DNA from: Nitrosopumilus sp.
GTDB taxonomy: Archaea; Thermoproteota; Nitrososphaeria; Nitrososphaerales; Nitrosopumilaceae
Assembly: GCA_965224195.1 (NCBI GenBank)
Contig: OZ245040.1
Location: 96,001-160,000, forward strand
Reading direction: 5' to 3'
Length of the DNA stretch: 64,000 nt
Part shown: piece after piece, positions 53,889 to 64,000 of the stretch
Position numbering within the stretch: the first letter of the stretch is position 1
Layout: each line of letters starts with the position of its first letter
The notes under the pieces: model-generated
Seen by the model: only the letters and a program-made list of their open reading frames with translations
Database searches by the model: none
What the model was told of the DNA's origin: nothing
Position numbers and translations under genes: made by a program

Positions 53889-54880
53889 TACTCTGTCGAA
53901 CAAATCATTTCTAACTAGTTTTTGATTTCATTCCCTCAAGCACCTGCAAACAGATTGTACAGCTCGACTTTTAATTTTAATTCCTTTGCCATGTATTTTC
54001 TTTTGTGAGCCATGACATACTCACCAAACATCCTTTTGAATGTTGAAAACACACACTCTACAATCCACCTGTCCCCATAGCTGACGCTGCGCTTCCACAA
54101 ATCCAAATTATACATTTGAGCTAAGACTGATTTCTTTCTCGGATAACATTTTGTTTTGAGAGATGATGTCTTTCTAACTTTGATTGCAGGCAGTGCATCT
54201 GTGTTGTGATATAGATATGAGAAGTTGTTTTCTGAATCATATGCGCCATCAGCTAGAACCTTGATTACATTTCCTTTTTGTGATGCCTGCTGTACCAGTT
54301 CTGGCAGATGTGCAGCATCATGGGATGAATCATCTGTTATTTTCAGTGAAACTATTTTCTTTGATTTGACATCGGCACCAACATGGATTTTTAGAAATCC
54401 TCTCCTCATGTGCCATTTCTGTCTCATCCATTCGCCCCTGTTTGCAACCTTGATTCCTGTGCTGTCAATTGCCAAAATGATTTCATTATTATCTCCAATG
54501 GAATCATCAGTTTTGATGTCAAGCTTGTTTATTCTCTTGTGGATTGATGTGAAATCAGGAACTGCTGGAACTCTATTACAATATGCACGTATCATTCCTT
54601 CTGTTTGTCTGAATGGTAATCCAAAATAGATTCTAGCATAACCCAATAATTTCATGAATGAATCAGGATAGTCAAACTTTCTACCTCTTTTGTTGTGATT
54701 CATGACCTCTAATTCTTTATGCCAGTTATCAATAGCATCAAATGACATTATGATCTCGCCTCTTCTGACTAGTTTTTCATTGTATTGATTCCAGTTAACC
54801 ATGAGAATGGTCAGAATGTGAGATCCAAAGCTATTGTTATGAAATAAAGTTGATCAGATTGTTATTTGTTCGACAAAGTA
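53889..54880 (-). mobile_element. Intact IS5-family element (IS903/ISH1-like), 17-bp TIRs, 8-bp TSD TGAAATTC
   Basis: TACTCTGTCGAACAAAT / ATTTGTTCGACAAAGTA (16/17 match); TSD at 53881-53888 and 54881-54888. Confidence 0.93.
53936..54802 (-). CDS. IS5-family DDE transposase
   Basis: NWNQYNEKLVRRG, IDSTG, ADGAYD, RWIVECVFSTFK. Confidence 0.95.
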   Translation of the reverse strand: MVNWNQYNEKLVRRGEIIMSFDAIDNWHKELEVMNHNKRGRKFDYPDSFMKLLGYARIYFGLPFRQTEGMIRAYCNRVPAVPDFTSIHKRINKLDIKTDDSIGDNNEIILAIDSTGIKVANRGEWMRQKWHMRRGFLKIHVGADVKSKKIVSLKITDDSSHDAAHLPELVQQASQKGNVIKVLADGAYDSENNFSYLYHNTDALPAIKVRKTSSLKTKCYPRKKSVLAQMYNLDLWKRSVSYGDRWIVECVFSTFKRMFGEYVMAHKRKYMAKELKLKVELYNLFAGA

Positions 54881-55223
54881 TGAAATTCCACCATTCATCC
54901 ACACACCAGAAAGATGTGATATTACGAATCCTGCAGTAGTTGCAGTTTTACTTGTAAATCCACATACTGCATGAGTTCCAATTGTAGCCCATTTGTTGTC
55001 TAGTGACTCAAGATATGCACCATTGTCTTTTGGTGGTTCAACTCCTTTTGTGAGTTCTGTCATGTCTTCTGCACCACTATATCTTGATTTCAATTCATTT
55101 TGCATATTCATCTAGCTTCACTTTAGCCATATCTCTTTAGCCTATGATTAATCTACTATATATAATAAACATTTAGGATTGAGCTATGCTCATATGTAAT
55201 ACACTATACCTAAAACGTAAGAA

Positions 55224-55508
55224 ATGAATACAAACTCTAGAAAACAAAAAGCAACTCAAATAATATCTCAAATAAAATCAATTAGAAAAATTACAAAGAA
55301 TCATTATGTTGTTGAATCTCAAAACTCAGATAACAAATACAATGTCAAAAAATTAAAAGATACAGATGTATGGACTTGTGAATGTGGAGATTTTCATTAT
55401 CGATTACGAACCCAAGACAACAAGCACTGTAAGCATATTCAGAGTTGTATTATTCTAAAAGAGAATATCATTACTTGGATCATTCTGAGCCAGGGGACAA
55501 GAGAATAG
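55224..55508 (+). pseudogene. SWIM zinc-finger N-terminal fragment (probably of a thaumarchaeal DDE transposase)
   Basis: WTCECGDF..CKHI; ends abruptly. Confidence 0.6.
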
Positions 55509-55858
55509 AGAACTGATGTATAGAGAAGTTATATTTTTGGTTATGGTACTAATGGATTCAAATGACTCTCTTCTAGTTCTTCAAGATAGCCCTTGATTTC
55601 TTTGCCACAGAATTTGGCTTTGGAATTACCCTTATTGTTACTACAGTCTTCAACGGTTTGTTTGTAAACAATGGACTAAACATGGTAGTTTTTTGGATTA
55701 GACACAAATTCATCAAAAATGGGCATAATTTGCACCCATTTTTAGAAATTTTTTAAGTTTCAATTTATTTCATAATAATTAAAATTTCTTTTTTAGGCTC
55801 ATCATAAATTTTTATGGATTTTAACAATGTACCATTCTTTGAAAATTCTTCATGTATT

Positions 55859-56927
55859 AGATGAGTTGCGTAATTACAAACAGAAATCTAACTTTTCTGT
55901 CATTTAATTCTTAATTTTATGGAATTGCAATGAATTCTTCTTTCCATTTAATCTTGAAATTGACAGTCCCACAAACAATTTCACTTGTCACATCATATCT
56001 GCATAATTTGTTTCTAAACACATCGCGATTTATCCGAAATTGCCTGACTTGTGCAATAGCATGTTCAACTTTTATTCTAATTTTTGACTGCATCTTGTTC
56101 CACTCCTTTTGAGTAACAGTCAATTTTTTTCCTTTCTTTTTCTTGTATGGCAAAACACTTGCCTGTTCTGGAAAGTCTTTTTCCATCCCCAAATATCCAA
56201 GATCATAAGACTGCGACAACCCTTCAGACAATGTTGGATGCTTTGATTTGTAAATTCTGTAATCATGATGGCTGCCAGGCGAATGTGCAGATTTGTGGAT
56301 TGTTATCCCATCAAGATTTATGGCGATTTGATTTTGTACTGCATGTTTTTTCTTTTTGCCTGAATGGTGTGTCTTTCTTTTCTTTTTGTTTTTTGGTCTT
56401 GGGATGGGCTGTTATGTGCCATCAGTGATTGCAATTAATTCCGGAAAGAATTCTTGCAATTCCTGCATGCTGTTAATCTTTTTTGAATCTGCATATTTTT
56501 TGGCAGGAATTATAATGGATTGCTTCACTGCAGGCTCCAAACATCTGATGTTTCTCATTACGTTTGGTTTGTCCAAATCAAATGTCATCCCTGGCATATC
56601 ATATGTTGTGTACATTCTGTAGTACATGAAAAACATTAGAATTCTGCCTTTGAAGGACAAGTCAAACTTGTGTCCTGCACCAATGTCTCTTTCTCTATTT
56701 TTGGACAATCCCTTTTGTTCTGCAGTTTTGCAATTTTTCTTTATTTCTTTGTATAGGGAATCAAACTGTGGAACAGTTAGTCCTGCTATTGACAGGAATT
56801 GTTTTGGTTTTTTTGCCAGTTTTGCGTAATTAAACATGAATTGAAAATAATTCAGTCTTAGCTTTGGATCTTATGATTAGAAAATGTTGAGATTATGCTC
56901 AAATTGGACTAGTTGCACAACTCATCT
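55859..56927 (-). mobile_element. IS5-like (DDE_Tnp_4-type) element copy 1, transposase with internal TAA
   Basis: TIRs AGATGAGTTG..; 1069 bp; DGT*QPIPRP, DLGYLG, RIKVEHAI. Confidence 0.9.
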
Positions 56928-56985
56928 AGTATTATCGTCATGGATTTATCAGAAATTTTCAATAAATTTTGGTTTTTTTAAATTA

Positions 56986-57549
56986 CTAACCAGTAATAGA
57001 TAATGGAAGAACTGAATGTCGATATCCCTCCCGCTGAGAAATATATTTTGCTGAAAGCATATCTCGTTTTCCTCGCTGATTAAAATTTTTAATTTTCATA
57101 CTTGTTTTTCTTTCATCTACAAATTCTAATTCAAATGATGAACAATATTTTAGATTAAGCATTTTTACAATTTGTTTTGCAATATGCATATTTCCATCAC
57201 CAATTTTTAAAATTTTTCTTTTTGCTCTAAGACCACCTAAAATTCCAATAATATGAAAAACTAATTCTTCAATAGAATTATGAACTGATCTCTCAATTTC
57301 TATACCATAGTAAAATATGGACAACCCAATTCTCTGACCAGGATCAACTCCTAAAATTAGATTTTCTTCTTCAAAACTAAGATTAAGTTTTTGTATCATT
57401 ATACCTCCAAGTACCGTAGAATGATATTCAAGAACATCTTCATGAAGTAAAATTTTCTCACATTTTTTAGGAGATTCTTTCAGAGTCGTAAGTATAAGAT
57501 TTCCAGGATAATCCTGAATTTCTCCTGGAAGTATAGAATCAAAAGACAA
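56986..57549 (-). CDS. Hypothetical protein with RNase H-like fold
   Basis: ILGVDPG..IGDG..VDE motifs; true start may lie upstream. Confidence 0.7.
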   Translation of the reverse strand: MSFDSILPGEIQDYPGNLILTTLKESPKKCEKILLHEDVLEYHSTVLGGIMIQKLNLSFEEENLILGVDPGQRIGLSIFYYGIEIERSVHNSIEELVFHIIGILGGLRAKRKILKIGDGNMHIAKQIVKMLNLKYCSSFELEFVDERKTSMKIKNFNQRGKRDMLSAKYISQREGYRHSVLPLSITG

Positions 57550-57669
57550 ATTGAGACTTTTTAAATAAGTCGAAAATCTATAGTATGGTTTACCATAGGT
57601 AGTAGCAATTCCAATACGTGAATTCTGTAAGGGATCGATAATTGATGAAAGGAAAGATGAAATTTAGGT

Positions 57670-57996
57670 TTATGCTTTCAAAACTGTTGACACTACACGT
57701 TTGACTGCTTCATCAAAATTTGCATCAATTTTAGATTGGATTTCAGATAATTTTACATCACCCTCTTGAGAGATTTTTGTAGATTCAGTAGTAGCCTTGT
57801 CTTTAGAAGCAGTGATGATAACTTCAGCTTCTTTAGTAGCCATTTCACGAGTTTTTTCTAGTAAATTATCAATTTCAGTAATAGCCTTTACAGATAGTTG
57901 TTTTTTCATATCACCAACTTTGCTATTTAGAGAATCTAGATCATCTTCTAAGGCATTCAATGATTTGATAATTCCTGTGACTTTGGATTCAGCCAT
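57670..57996 (-). CDS. Coiled-coil protein (A/V-ATPase subunit H-like)
   Basis: Helical charged sequence. Confidence 0.6.
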   Translation of the reverse strand: MAESKVTGIIKSLNALEDDLDSLNSKVGDMKKQLSVKAITEIDNLLEKTREMATKEAEVIITASKDKATTESTKISQEGDVKLSEIQSKIDANFDEAVKRVVSTVLKA

Positions 57997-58113
57997 GCTA
58001 CTCATTATGCTCTGAATCGGATAATCCATTACTTAAATCATTCATTTCCTAGGCGTGATCTATGGTAAAATCAGGATTTTAGGCATGATTTTGGACAAAT
58101 TCTAGAAATTGTT

Positions 58114-58590
58114 TTAATCACTGTATACTTCGTTTTTCTTTTTATTGAATTTGTTGTATCCTTCTTTGTCATAACCCAGGTGATTATATCCTAGCCCATC
58201 ATACCCATTACTATCAAACCCATCTTCATCATACCCGTCTAAATCAAACCCATCTTTGTCGTACCCTCCTAGGTCATACCCATTTTTGTTAAACCCATCT
58301 TTATCAAAAGCAATTTTTGTATCAATGTGAATTCCATCTATAGAAAACCCCCGATTATCAAACCCATCTTTGTCGTATCCATTTTTGTAGTATCCTTTTT
58401 TGTTAAACCCATCTTTATTGTAACCCTTGAAATCGAATCCATCTTCATCATACCCGTCTTTGTATCCTTTTTTGTCATACCCATTTTTGTCATAACCATT
58501 TTTGCCATAACCATTTTTGCCATAACCATTTTTGCCATAACCATCTAGGTCATATCCATGCTTGTCATACGTATGACTAAATCTATCCAA
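58114..58590 (-). CDS. G(Y/F)D-type pentapeptide repeat protein
   Basis: More than 20 x-x-G-[YF]-[DNG] units. Confidence 0.75.
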   Translation of the reverse strand: MDRFSHTYDKHGYDLDGYGKNGYGKNGYGKNGYDKNGYDKKGYKDGYDEDGFDFKGYNKDGFNKKGYYKNGYDKDGFDNRGFSIDGIHIDTKIAFDKDGFNKNGYDLGGYDKDGFDLDGYDEDGFDSNGYDGLGYNHLGYDKEGYNKFNKKKNEVYSD

Positions 58591-58686
58591 TAAACCTATA
58601 ACAGAATTTCATGAATTCAATTCAGATAAGCATTTTTACACCTATCTGCGTCCATTTTTATTCAAAAATTCTCTATCTTGTTGAGA

Positions 58687-59755
58687 AGATGAGTTGTGCA
58701 ACTAGTCCAATTTGAGCATAATCTCAACATTTTCTAATCATAAGATCCAAAGCTAAGACTGAATTATTTTCAATTCATGTTTAATTACGCAAAACTGGCA
58801 AAAAAACCAAAACAATTCCTGTCAATAGCAGGACTAACTGTTCCACAGTTTGATTCCCTATACAAAGAAATAAAGAAAAATTGCAAAACTGCAGAACAAA
58901 AGGGATTGTCCAAAAATAGAGAAAGAGACATTGGTGCAGGACACAAGTTTGACTTGTCCTTCAAAGGCAGAATTCTAATGTTTTTCATGTACTACAGAAT
59001 GTACACAACATATGATATGCCAGGGATGACATTTGATTTGGACAAACCAAACGTAATGAGAAACATCAGATGTTTGGAGCCTGCAGTGAAGCAATCCATT
59101 ATAATTCCTGCCAAAAAATATGCAGATTCAAAAAAGATTAACAGCATGCAGGAATTGCAAGAATTCTTTCCGGAATTAATTGCAATCACTGATGGCACAT
59201 AACAGCCCATCCCAAGACCAAAAAACAAAAAGAAAAGAAAGACACACCATTCAGGCAAAAAGAAAAAACATGCAGTACAAAATCAAATCGCCATAAATCT
59301 TGATGGGATAACAATCCACAAATCTGCACATTCGCCTGGCAGCCATCATGATTACAGAATTTACAAATCAAAGCATCCAACATTGTCTGAAGGGTTGTCG
59401 CAGTCTTATGATCTTGGATATTTGGGGATGGAAAAAGACTTTCCAGAACAGGCAAGTGTTTTGCCATACAAGAAAAAGAAAGGAAAAAAATTGACTGTTA
59501 CTCAAAAGGAGTGGAACAAGATGCAGTCAAAAATTAGAATAAAAGTTGAACATGCTATTGCACAAGTCAGGCAATTTCGGATAAATCGCGATGTGTTTAG
59601 AAACAAATTATGCAGATATGATGTGACAAGTGAAATTGTTTGTGGGACTGTCAATTTCAAGATTAAATGGAAAGAAGAATTCATTGCAATTCCATAAAAT
59701 TAAGAATTAAATGACAGAAAAGTTAGATTTCTGTTTGTAATTACGCAACTCATCT
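58687..59755 (+). mobile_element. IS5-like element copy 2, inverted and apparently identical to copy 1
   Basis: Same TIRs, length and ORF translations; same TAA at 59200-59202; flanked by AGA on both sides. Confidence 0.9.
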
Positions 59756-59822
59756 AGAGTTTACACTCTAAACATATTGTCAAACAATTCATTCTCAGGA
59801 ACAAGAATTGGCTATTCTGAGA

Positions 59823-60170
59823 TTATCCTGTTGTTAAAAGCAGGATAGCTCGTGCAAGATCGCCTTCAGCTTCTTCTAAAGCACTTTTGGCTTTTTCTTC
59901 ATCGACACCAGCTTGTTGGCTTACAAGCTGAATATCTTCTTCTGAGTAAATTGGAACTTCCAATTCTCTTTCTTCATAACTATCAGAAGTTACTGTAAAA
60001 ATCGAATTATCTTTTGCTTTCATTTCAGTAACAGAAGGCTTGGAAATAATGATGTATTTTTTATCAGTTTTAATTATAACTTCTTGAACATTAGATAATT
60101 CGTTCATATCCAAACCCATCTTATCCATCATTCTCCGCATTTCGCGGTTTCCTCCGCCTCCTCGCATCAT
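59823..60170 (-). CDS. nac: Nascent polypeptide-associated complex protein
   Basis: MRRMMDKMG..VQEVII; UBA-like EEDIQLVSQQAGV..GDLARAI. Confidence 0.93.
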   Translation of the reverse strand: MMRGGGGNREMRRMMDKMGLDMNELSNVQEVIIKTDKKYIIISKPSVTEMKAKDNSIFTVTSDSYEERELEVPIYSEEDIQLVSQQAGVDEEKAKSALEEAEGDLARAILLLTTG

Positions 60171-60640
60171 GATGTTATTTCCTCGTTACGACTTTTTAAA
60201 CTATCTCTGATCTTTATGGCTACACCTCTGTCAAAATCAGAAATCATATCAGATGGCAAAAGTGCTCTTCCTACTGCTATTACCTTATTTTTGAACAATA
60301 CAGGAGTATCTGCAGATATTTTAACATTTTTTCCACATGATATAACATGTTTACAAAATACTGATCTGCCCTGTTCAACAAAAGGAGCAGCATCAGAATT
60401 TATCTCAATACAATTGTCTTTAAATTTTTTATTTTTCAATAACATTTGAGCAAAATGAATACTAATTGCAAGACTTCCATCAATTCTCAAAGTACATAGG
60501 AATTTCCCTTTTTGTGAAATGGTTCGAATTCTACCTGTTTTTCTAGAAAAAGTTATTTCAATATCTTTTGGTAATAATTTTGATGTACCATTTCCAAATA
60601 ATGCATCAAGAGAATGCTGGAGTTTAACGATATGATCCAA
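60167..60640 (-). CDS. PUA-domain protein (archaeosine TGT C-terminal-like)
   Basis: SRKTGRIR, GRSVFCKHV, AVGRA, GVAIKIR. Confidence 0.85.
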   Translation of the reverse strand: MDHIVKLQHSLDALFGNGTSKLLPKDIEITFSRKTGRIRTISQKGKFLCTLRIDGSLAISIHFAQMLLKNKKFKDNCIEINSDAAPFVEQGRSVFCKHVISCGKNVKISADTPVLFKNKVIAVGRALLPSDMISDFDRGVAIKIRDSLKSRNEEITS

Positions 60641-60732
60641 TACTCATAGCAGGATTTTTTTTAAATATTAGTTCAATGCTAGTCTATATCAAAAAGATCA
60701 AACTATATAGAATAAAATTTTCCCTTTAGATT

Positions 60733-61779
60733 ATGGAAGATGGGGGCGAAACTAGAAAAATACAGTTTACCGGTAAATCATCATACATAGTTTCATTACC
60801 AAAACAATGGGTTATGGAATTAGGTCTCAAACAAGGAGATCAAATCAGAATGATTCGAAAAGATTCATCAACATTAGAGATTTATCCACCAAAATTTGAA
60901 TCCAGAACTCAGAAAAAAGAAGATGCCATAATAGAGATTGATGAAGGAGCAGAAGCAGCATCCATTGTTAGAAAATTAATTTCGTTATACTTTTTAGGAT
61001 ACAAGACCATTAATGTAAAACCTAAAAATGGTAGATTAAGTCCACATCAAAGAAACACAGTGAAAGAAGCTGTAAAACGAATGTTAATGGGTTCTGAAAT
61101 AATTGCAGATTCTACAAGTGGAATTACAGTTCAAGTTCTTGTTAATTTATTAGAATTATCAGTAGATGGTGCTTTCAAGCGAATGATTCACCTAGCAAAG
61201 TCAATGTCAAGTGATGCAATTTTAGCTGTAAAAGAAAATAACTTAGAATTAGCTCAAGAAATCATCAATACAGATGATGAAGTAGATAGATTTGGATTTT
61301 ATATTATTCGACAATTAAAGATTGCAATTCAAAATGAGCATATGCTAAAAGAGATGGGTTTTAGAAATGCTAGAAATTGCTTAGGATATAGGCTCATTGT
61401 AAAAAACATAGAAAGAACAGGAGATCATGCTGCATTCATAGCAAAAGATTTGATTGAATTTAAAAAACCTGTAAAAAAAGAGATTTTACAAAAATTACAA
61501 GAAATGAATGAATTTTGCTTAATTGTTTTAGATGATTCATGCCTTGCATTATTCAAAGAAGATTACAATCAGGCTGAAAAAACCATCACAAAAATTGAGG
61601 AAATTTCAAAATTTGAAAAAAAAGTAAGAGATGCTTCAAAATCATTAAAAGATGATGAAGAAATTTACAGGATAAGAAGAATGACTGAAAATATTCGAAG
61701 AGTTGCTGAATATGCTAGTGATATAGCTGAAATAGTTTTGAACATGAATATTGAAAAAACACTGAAAAAATCAGATTAA
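60733..61779 (+). CDS. phoU: AbrB/PhoU phosphate-uptake regulator
   Basis: RKIQFTGKSSYIVSLPK, DDEVDRF, IERTGDHA. Confidence 0.9.
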   Translation: MEDGGETRKIQFTGKSSYIVSLPKQWVMELGLKQGDQIRMIRKDSSTLEIYPPKFESRTQKKEDAIIEIDEGAEAASIVRKLISLYFLGYKTINVKPKNGRLSPHQRNTVKEAVKRMLMGSEIIADSTSGITVQVLVNLLELSVDGAFKRMIHLAKSMSSDAILAVKENNLELAQEIINTDDEVDRFGFYIIRQLKIAIQNEHMLKEMGFRNARNCLGYRLIVKNIERTGDHAAFIAKDLIEFKKPVKKEILQKLQEMNEFCLIVLDDSCLALFKEDYNQAEKTITKIEEISKFEKKVRDASKSLKDDEEIYRIRRMTENIRRVAEYASDIAEIVLNMNIEKTLKKSD

Positions 61780-61835
61780 TTTCCTAAATATGTCCAATAC
61801 AATTATCTTAGATTCAATTTAAAAAATGAATTAGA

Positions 61836-62957
61836 ATGAATTCTGCAATTTTAATCACATATGATCTAGAAGACTCAATAAATGAGGCAAAGGGACTATG
61901 TGATGCTGCAGAATATCAAGTAGTCCACGTAATAACCCAAGATTATCTTCAGAAGCCAAAGTATGGCATTAGTGGTGGGACACTGGAAAAATTACAAGAA
62001 ATTACAGATAAGTTAAGACCAGATATCATAGTATTTGATGAGATTTTAAAACCAAGTCAAAATTATAATCTTGCTACAGAATTACACAGAGAAGTATTAG
62101 ACAGAGAAGCATTAATTCTGGAGATTTTTGAAAGTAGAGCTTCAAGTGCAGAATCAAAATTACAAGTAAAATTAGCACAGTTGCGATATGAAATGGCAAG
62201 AGCTAAAGAGAAAGTTAGACTTGCAAACATGGGTGAACAACCTGGATTTATGGGTATAGGGAAATTTGAGGTTGATGTGTATTACAATGATATCAAACAT
62301 AGAATGCAAACAATAAGATCAAAACTTGAAAAAGCTGGAAAACAAAGAGAGCTTCACAGACAGGGAAGGAAAAGAATGGGATTTAAAACAATATCACTTG
62401 CAGGTTATACTTCTGCAGGAAAAACTACATTATTTAACAAAACTACAGGAGAAACAAGAACACAGAGTAAAGAACTTTTTACAACTCTAACTACAACTAC
62501 GCGAAGGTTGACGATAGATCAAGAACCATTTTTAATTGCAGATACGGTTGGTTTTATCAGTAAACTGCCAGCTTACATGATTGATGCATTCAAATCAACA
62601 TTAGAAGAATTGATACATACAGATGTAATAATTCTCGTAATTGATATCAATGATTCAATATCTGAATTAAAAAAGAAATTTTCTAGTTGTATGAGAACTT
62701 TGAGTGAATTAGGAGTAGAACAAGACAAGGTAGTTTATGCTTTAAACAAATCGGATTTATTACAAAATGATGAAATTCAACGAAAAATTGATTTCCTTAA
62801 TTTAACTGAAAATAAAAAATTGATTTCAGTATCTGCAAAAACTGGGAAAAATATCACACAATTAAAAAAATTAATCAAAGAAATTATTGAAAGTCAGAAT
62901 TATCATAAACCAAAAAATAATGCATGGGAAGGAGCGAATAAAACATTTGGTAATTGA
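61836..62957 (+). CDS. hflX: GTPase HflX
   Basis: [28 protein letters not shown]. Confidence 0.95.
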   Translation: MNSAILITYDLEDSINEAKGLCDAAEYQVVHVITQDYLQKPKYGISGGTLEKLQEITDKLRPDIIVFDEILKPSQNYNLATELHREVLDREALILEIFESRASSAESKLQVKLAQLRYEMARAKEKVRLANMGEQPGFMGIGKFEVDVYYNDIKHRMQTIRSKLEKAGKQRELHRQGRKRMGFKTISLAGYTSAGKTTLFNKTTGETRTQSKELFTTLTTTTRRLTIDQEPFLIADTVGFISKLPAYMIDAFKSTLEELIHTDVIILVIDINDSISELKKKFSSCMRTLSELGVEQDKVVYALNKSDLLQNDEIQRKIDFLNLTENKKLISVSAKTGKNITQLKKLIKEIIESQNYHKPKNNAWEGANKTFGN

Positions 62958-63480
62958 AGTAGTTAGAATAGGACAACGTGTTGTAAGAGATGACAGGGTA
63001 ACTACGCATGTAGCACTTGTTTCAAGAGGATTTGGTGCAGAGCGAATTTACATGACAGAGGTAAATCCAGAAATCAAAGATACTATTGAAAAAATCAACA
63101 ATACATGGGGAGGTAATTTTCAAGTGGAATTTATTGAAAAATGGAAAACAATTGTAAAAAAGAAAAAAGATGAAGGTTTCAAAGTTGTTCATCTATCAAT
63201 GTATGGTGAAAATATCAATGATGGTGAAGAAAAAATTGGAAATGAAGAAAATCTCTTGATTGTTGTAGGTGCTGAAAAAGTTCCAAGGGAGATTTATGAA
63301 TTAGCAGACTATAATGTTGGGGTTGGAAGTCAACCACATTCAGAGATTAGTGCTTTAGCAATTCTTTTAGATCGAATCCAAAAAGGCAAACAATTTGAGA
63401 AAAAATTTCCTAATGCAAAAAGAAAGATCATTCCTACCAAAAATGGCAAAAATGTGCAAGTAAAAGAAACAAGGGATTAA
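62947..63480 (+). CDS. trm56: tRNA (cytidine56-2'-O)-methyltransferase
   Basis: [30 protein letters not shown]. Confidence 0.93.
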   Translation: MVIEVVRIGQRVVRDDRVTTHVALVSRGFGAERIYMTEVNPEIKDTIEKINNTWGGNFQVEFIEKWKTIVKKKKDEGFKVVHLSMYGENINDGEEKIGNEENLLIVVGAEKVPREIYELADYNVGVGSQPHSEISALAILLDRIQKGKQFEKKFPNAKRKIIPTKNGKNVQVKETRD

Positions 63481-63506
63481 TAGTAGAAAATCAGGAGTCA
63501 TTAGAG

Positions 63507-64000
63507 TTGGTAGACAAATACGAAGATCCTTTTGTTAGAATCGCCTCTATGATTGGAGGAGATGAATATCTCAAAGTAGCAAGATCTCTTCTAAAAGCTG
63601 AAGATGCTACAGATGAAGAAATTGCTAGTTCTACGGGTCTCCGAATCAATATGGTAAGAAAAGTATTGTATGATCTATTTGGAAAATCTCTCATTACTGG
63701 AATTAGAGTTAAAGATGAAAGAAAAGGATGGTTTGTCTACAGATGGAGAACAAGAAGAGAAGAAGTAGAACATTTTATTGAAAATCAAAAAAAGAAAATC
63801 GATGAAAGATTACAGCAGAGATTAGACTATGAAAACGCATCAGATTTCTATCACTGTGGAAACGAAGATTGTCCTAGAGTAACATTTGAAAGCGCTCTTA
63901 ATGGGATGTTCAAATGCCCATCGTGCCAAAATGTTTTGAATCTAAAAAAGAATGATAAATCTAGAAAAGCATATCAAAAGAAAATTGATGAGATCAAACA
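63507..64000 (+). CDS. tfe: Transcription factor E alpha, 3'-partial
   Basis: TTG start; TDEEIA..LRINMVRKVLYDL..GWFVYRW; C..C..CPSC ribbon; runs off the window. Confidence 0.92.
   Translation, partial: MVDKYEDPFVRIASMIGGDEYLKVARSLLKAEDATDEEIASSTGLRINMVRKVLYDLFGKSLITGIRVKDERKGWFVYRWRTRREEVEHFIENQKKKIDERLQQRLDYENASDFYHCGNEDCPRVTFESALNGMFKCPSCQNVLNLKKNDKSRKAYQKKIDEIK

Larger units (their letters stand above)
53584..55111 (-). pseudogene. Hypothetical ~175-aa gene interrupted by IS5
   Basis: Removing the IS and one TSD joins ..WMNGGIS to YPDELDKNSW.. in frame. Confidence 0.8.

Overview
AT-rich chromosomal window from a Nitrosopumilus-like ammonia-oxidising archaeon (Nitrososphaerota), inferred from gene content. 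Housekeeping blocks include nrdJ, nep1, tRNA-Gly, rpp21, rps19e, queE/folE/queC, thrB, cysH/sat, aconitase X/PMDh subunits, nth, an ESCRT-III paralogue, cbiT/L/F, rqcH, nac, hflX, trm56 and tfe. Two accessory regions interrupt them. (1) A ~9.9 kb island (3725-13662) sits in the 3' end of rpp21 between 11-bp direct repeats. It carries an IS6-like element with a restriction-enzyme remnant, a broken tyrosine integrase, an atypical tRNA with a Lys anticodon and a long variable arm, and an intact multi-ubiquitin / E2-like+E1 (ThiF) / DUF6527-like operon. That operon is flanked by a Panacea/SocA-like + wHTH pair and two PD-(D/E)xK-like nucleases, and is the best candidate for an undescribed archaeal system. 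(2) An IS-rich region (48.6-59.8 kb) holds a 15-bp VNTR, a truncated surface protein, a dead R-M system and several IS5-family copies. Frameshifts and nonsense codons are frequent in surface and accessory genes, suggesting genome erosion (possibly host-associated) or some assembly error. All family assignments come from motif recognition by eye; no searches were run.
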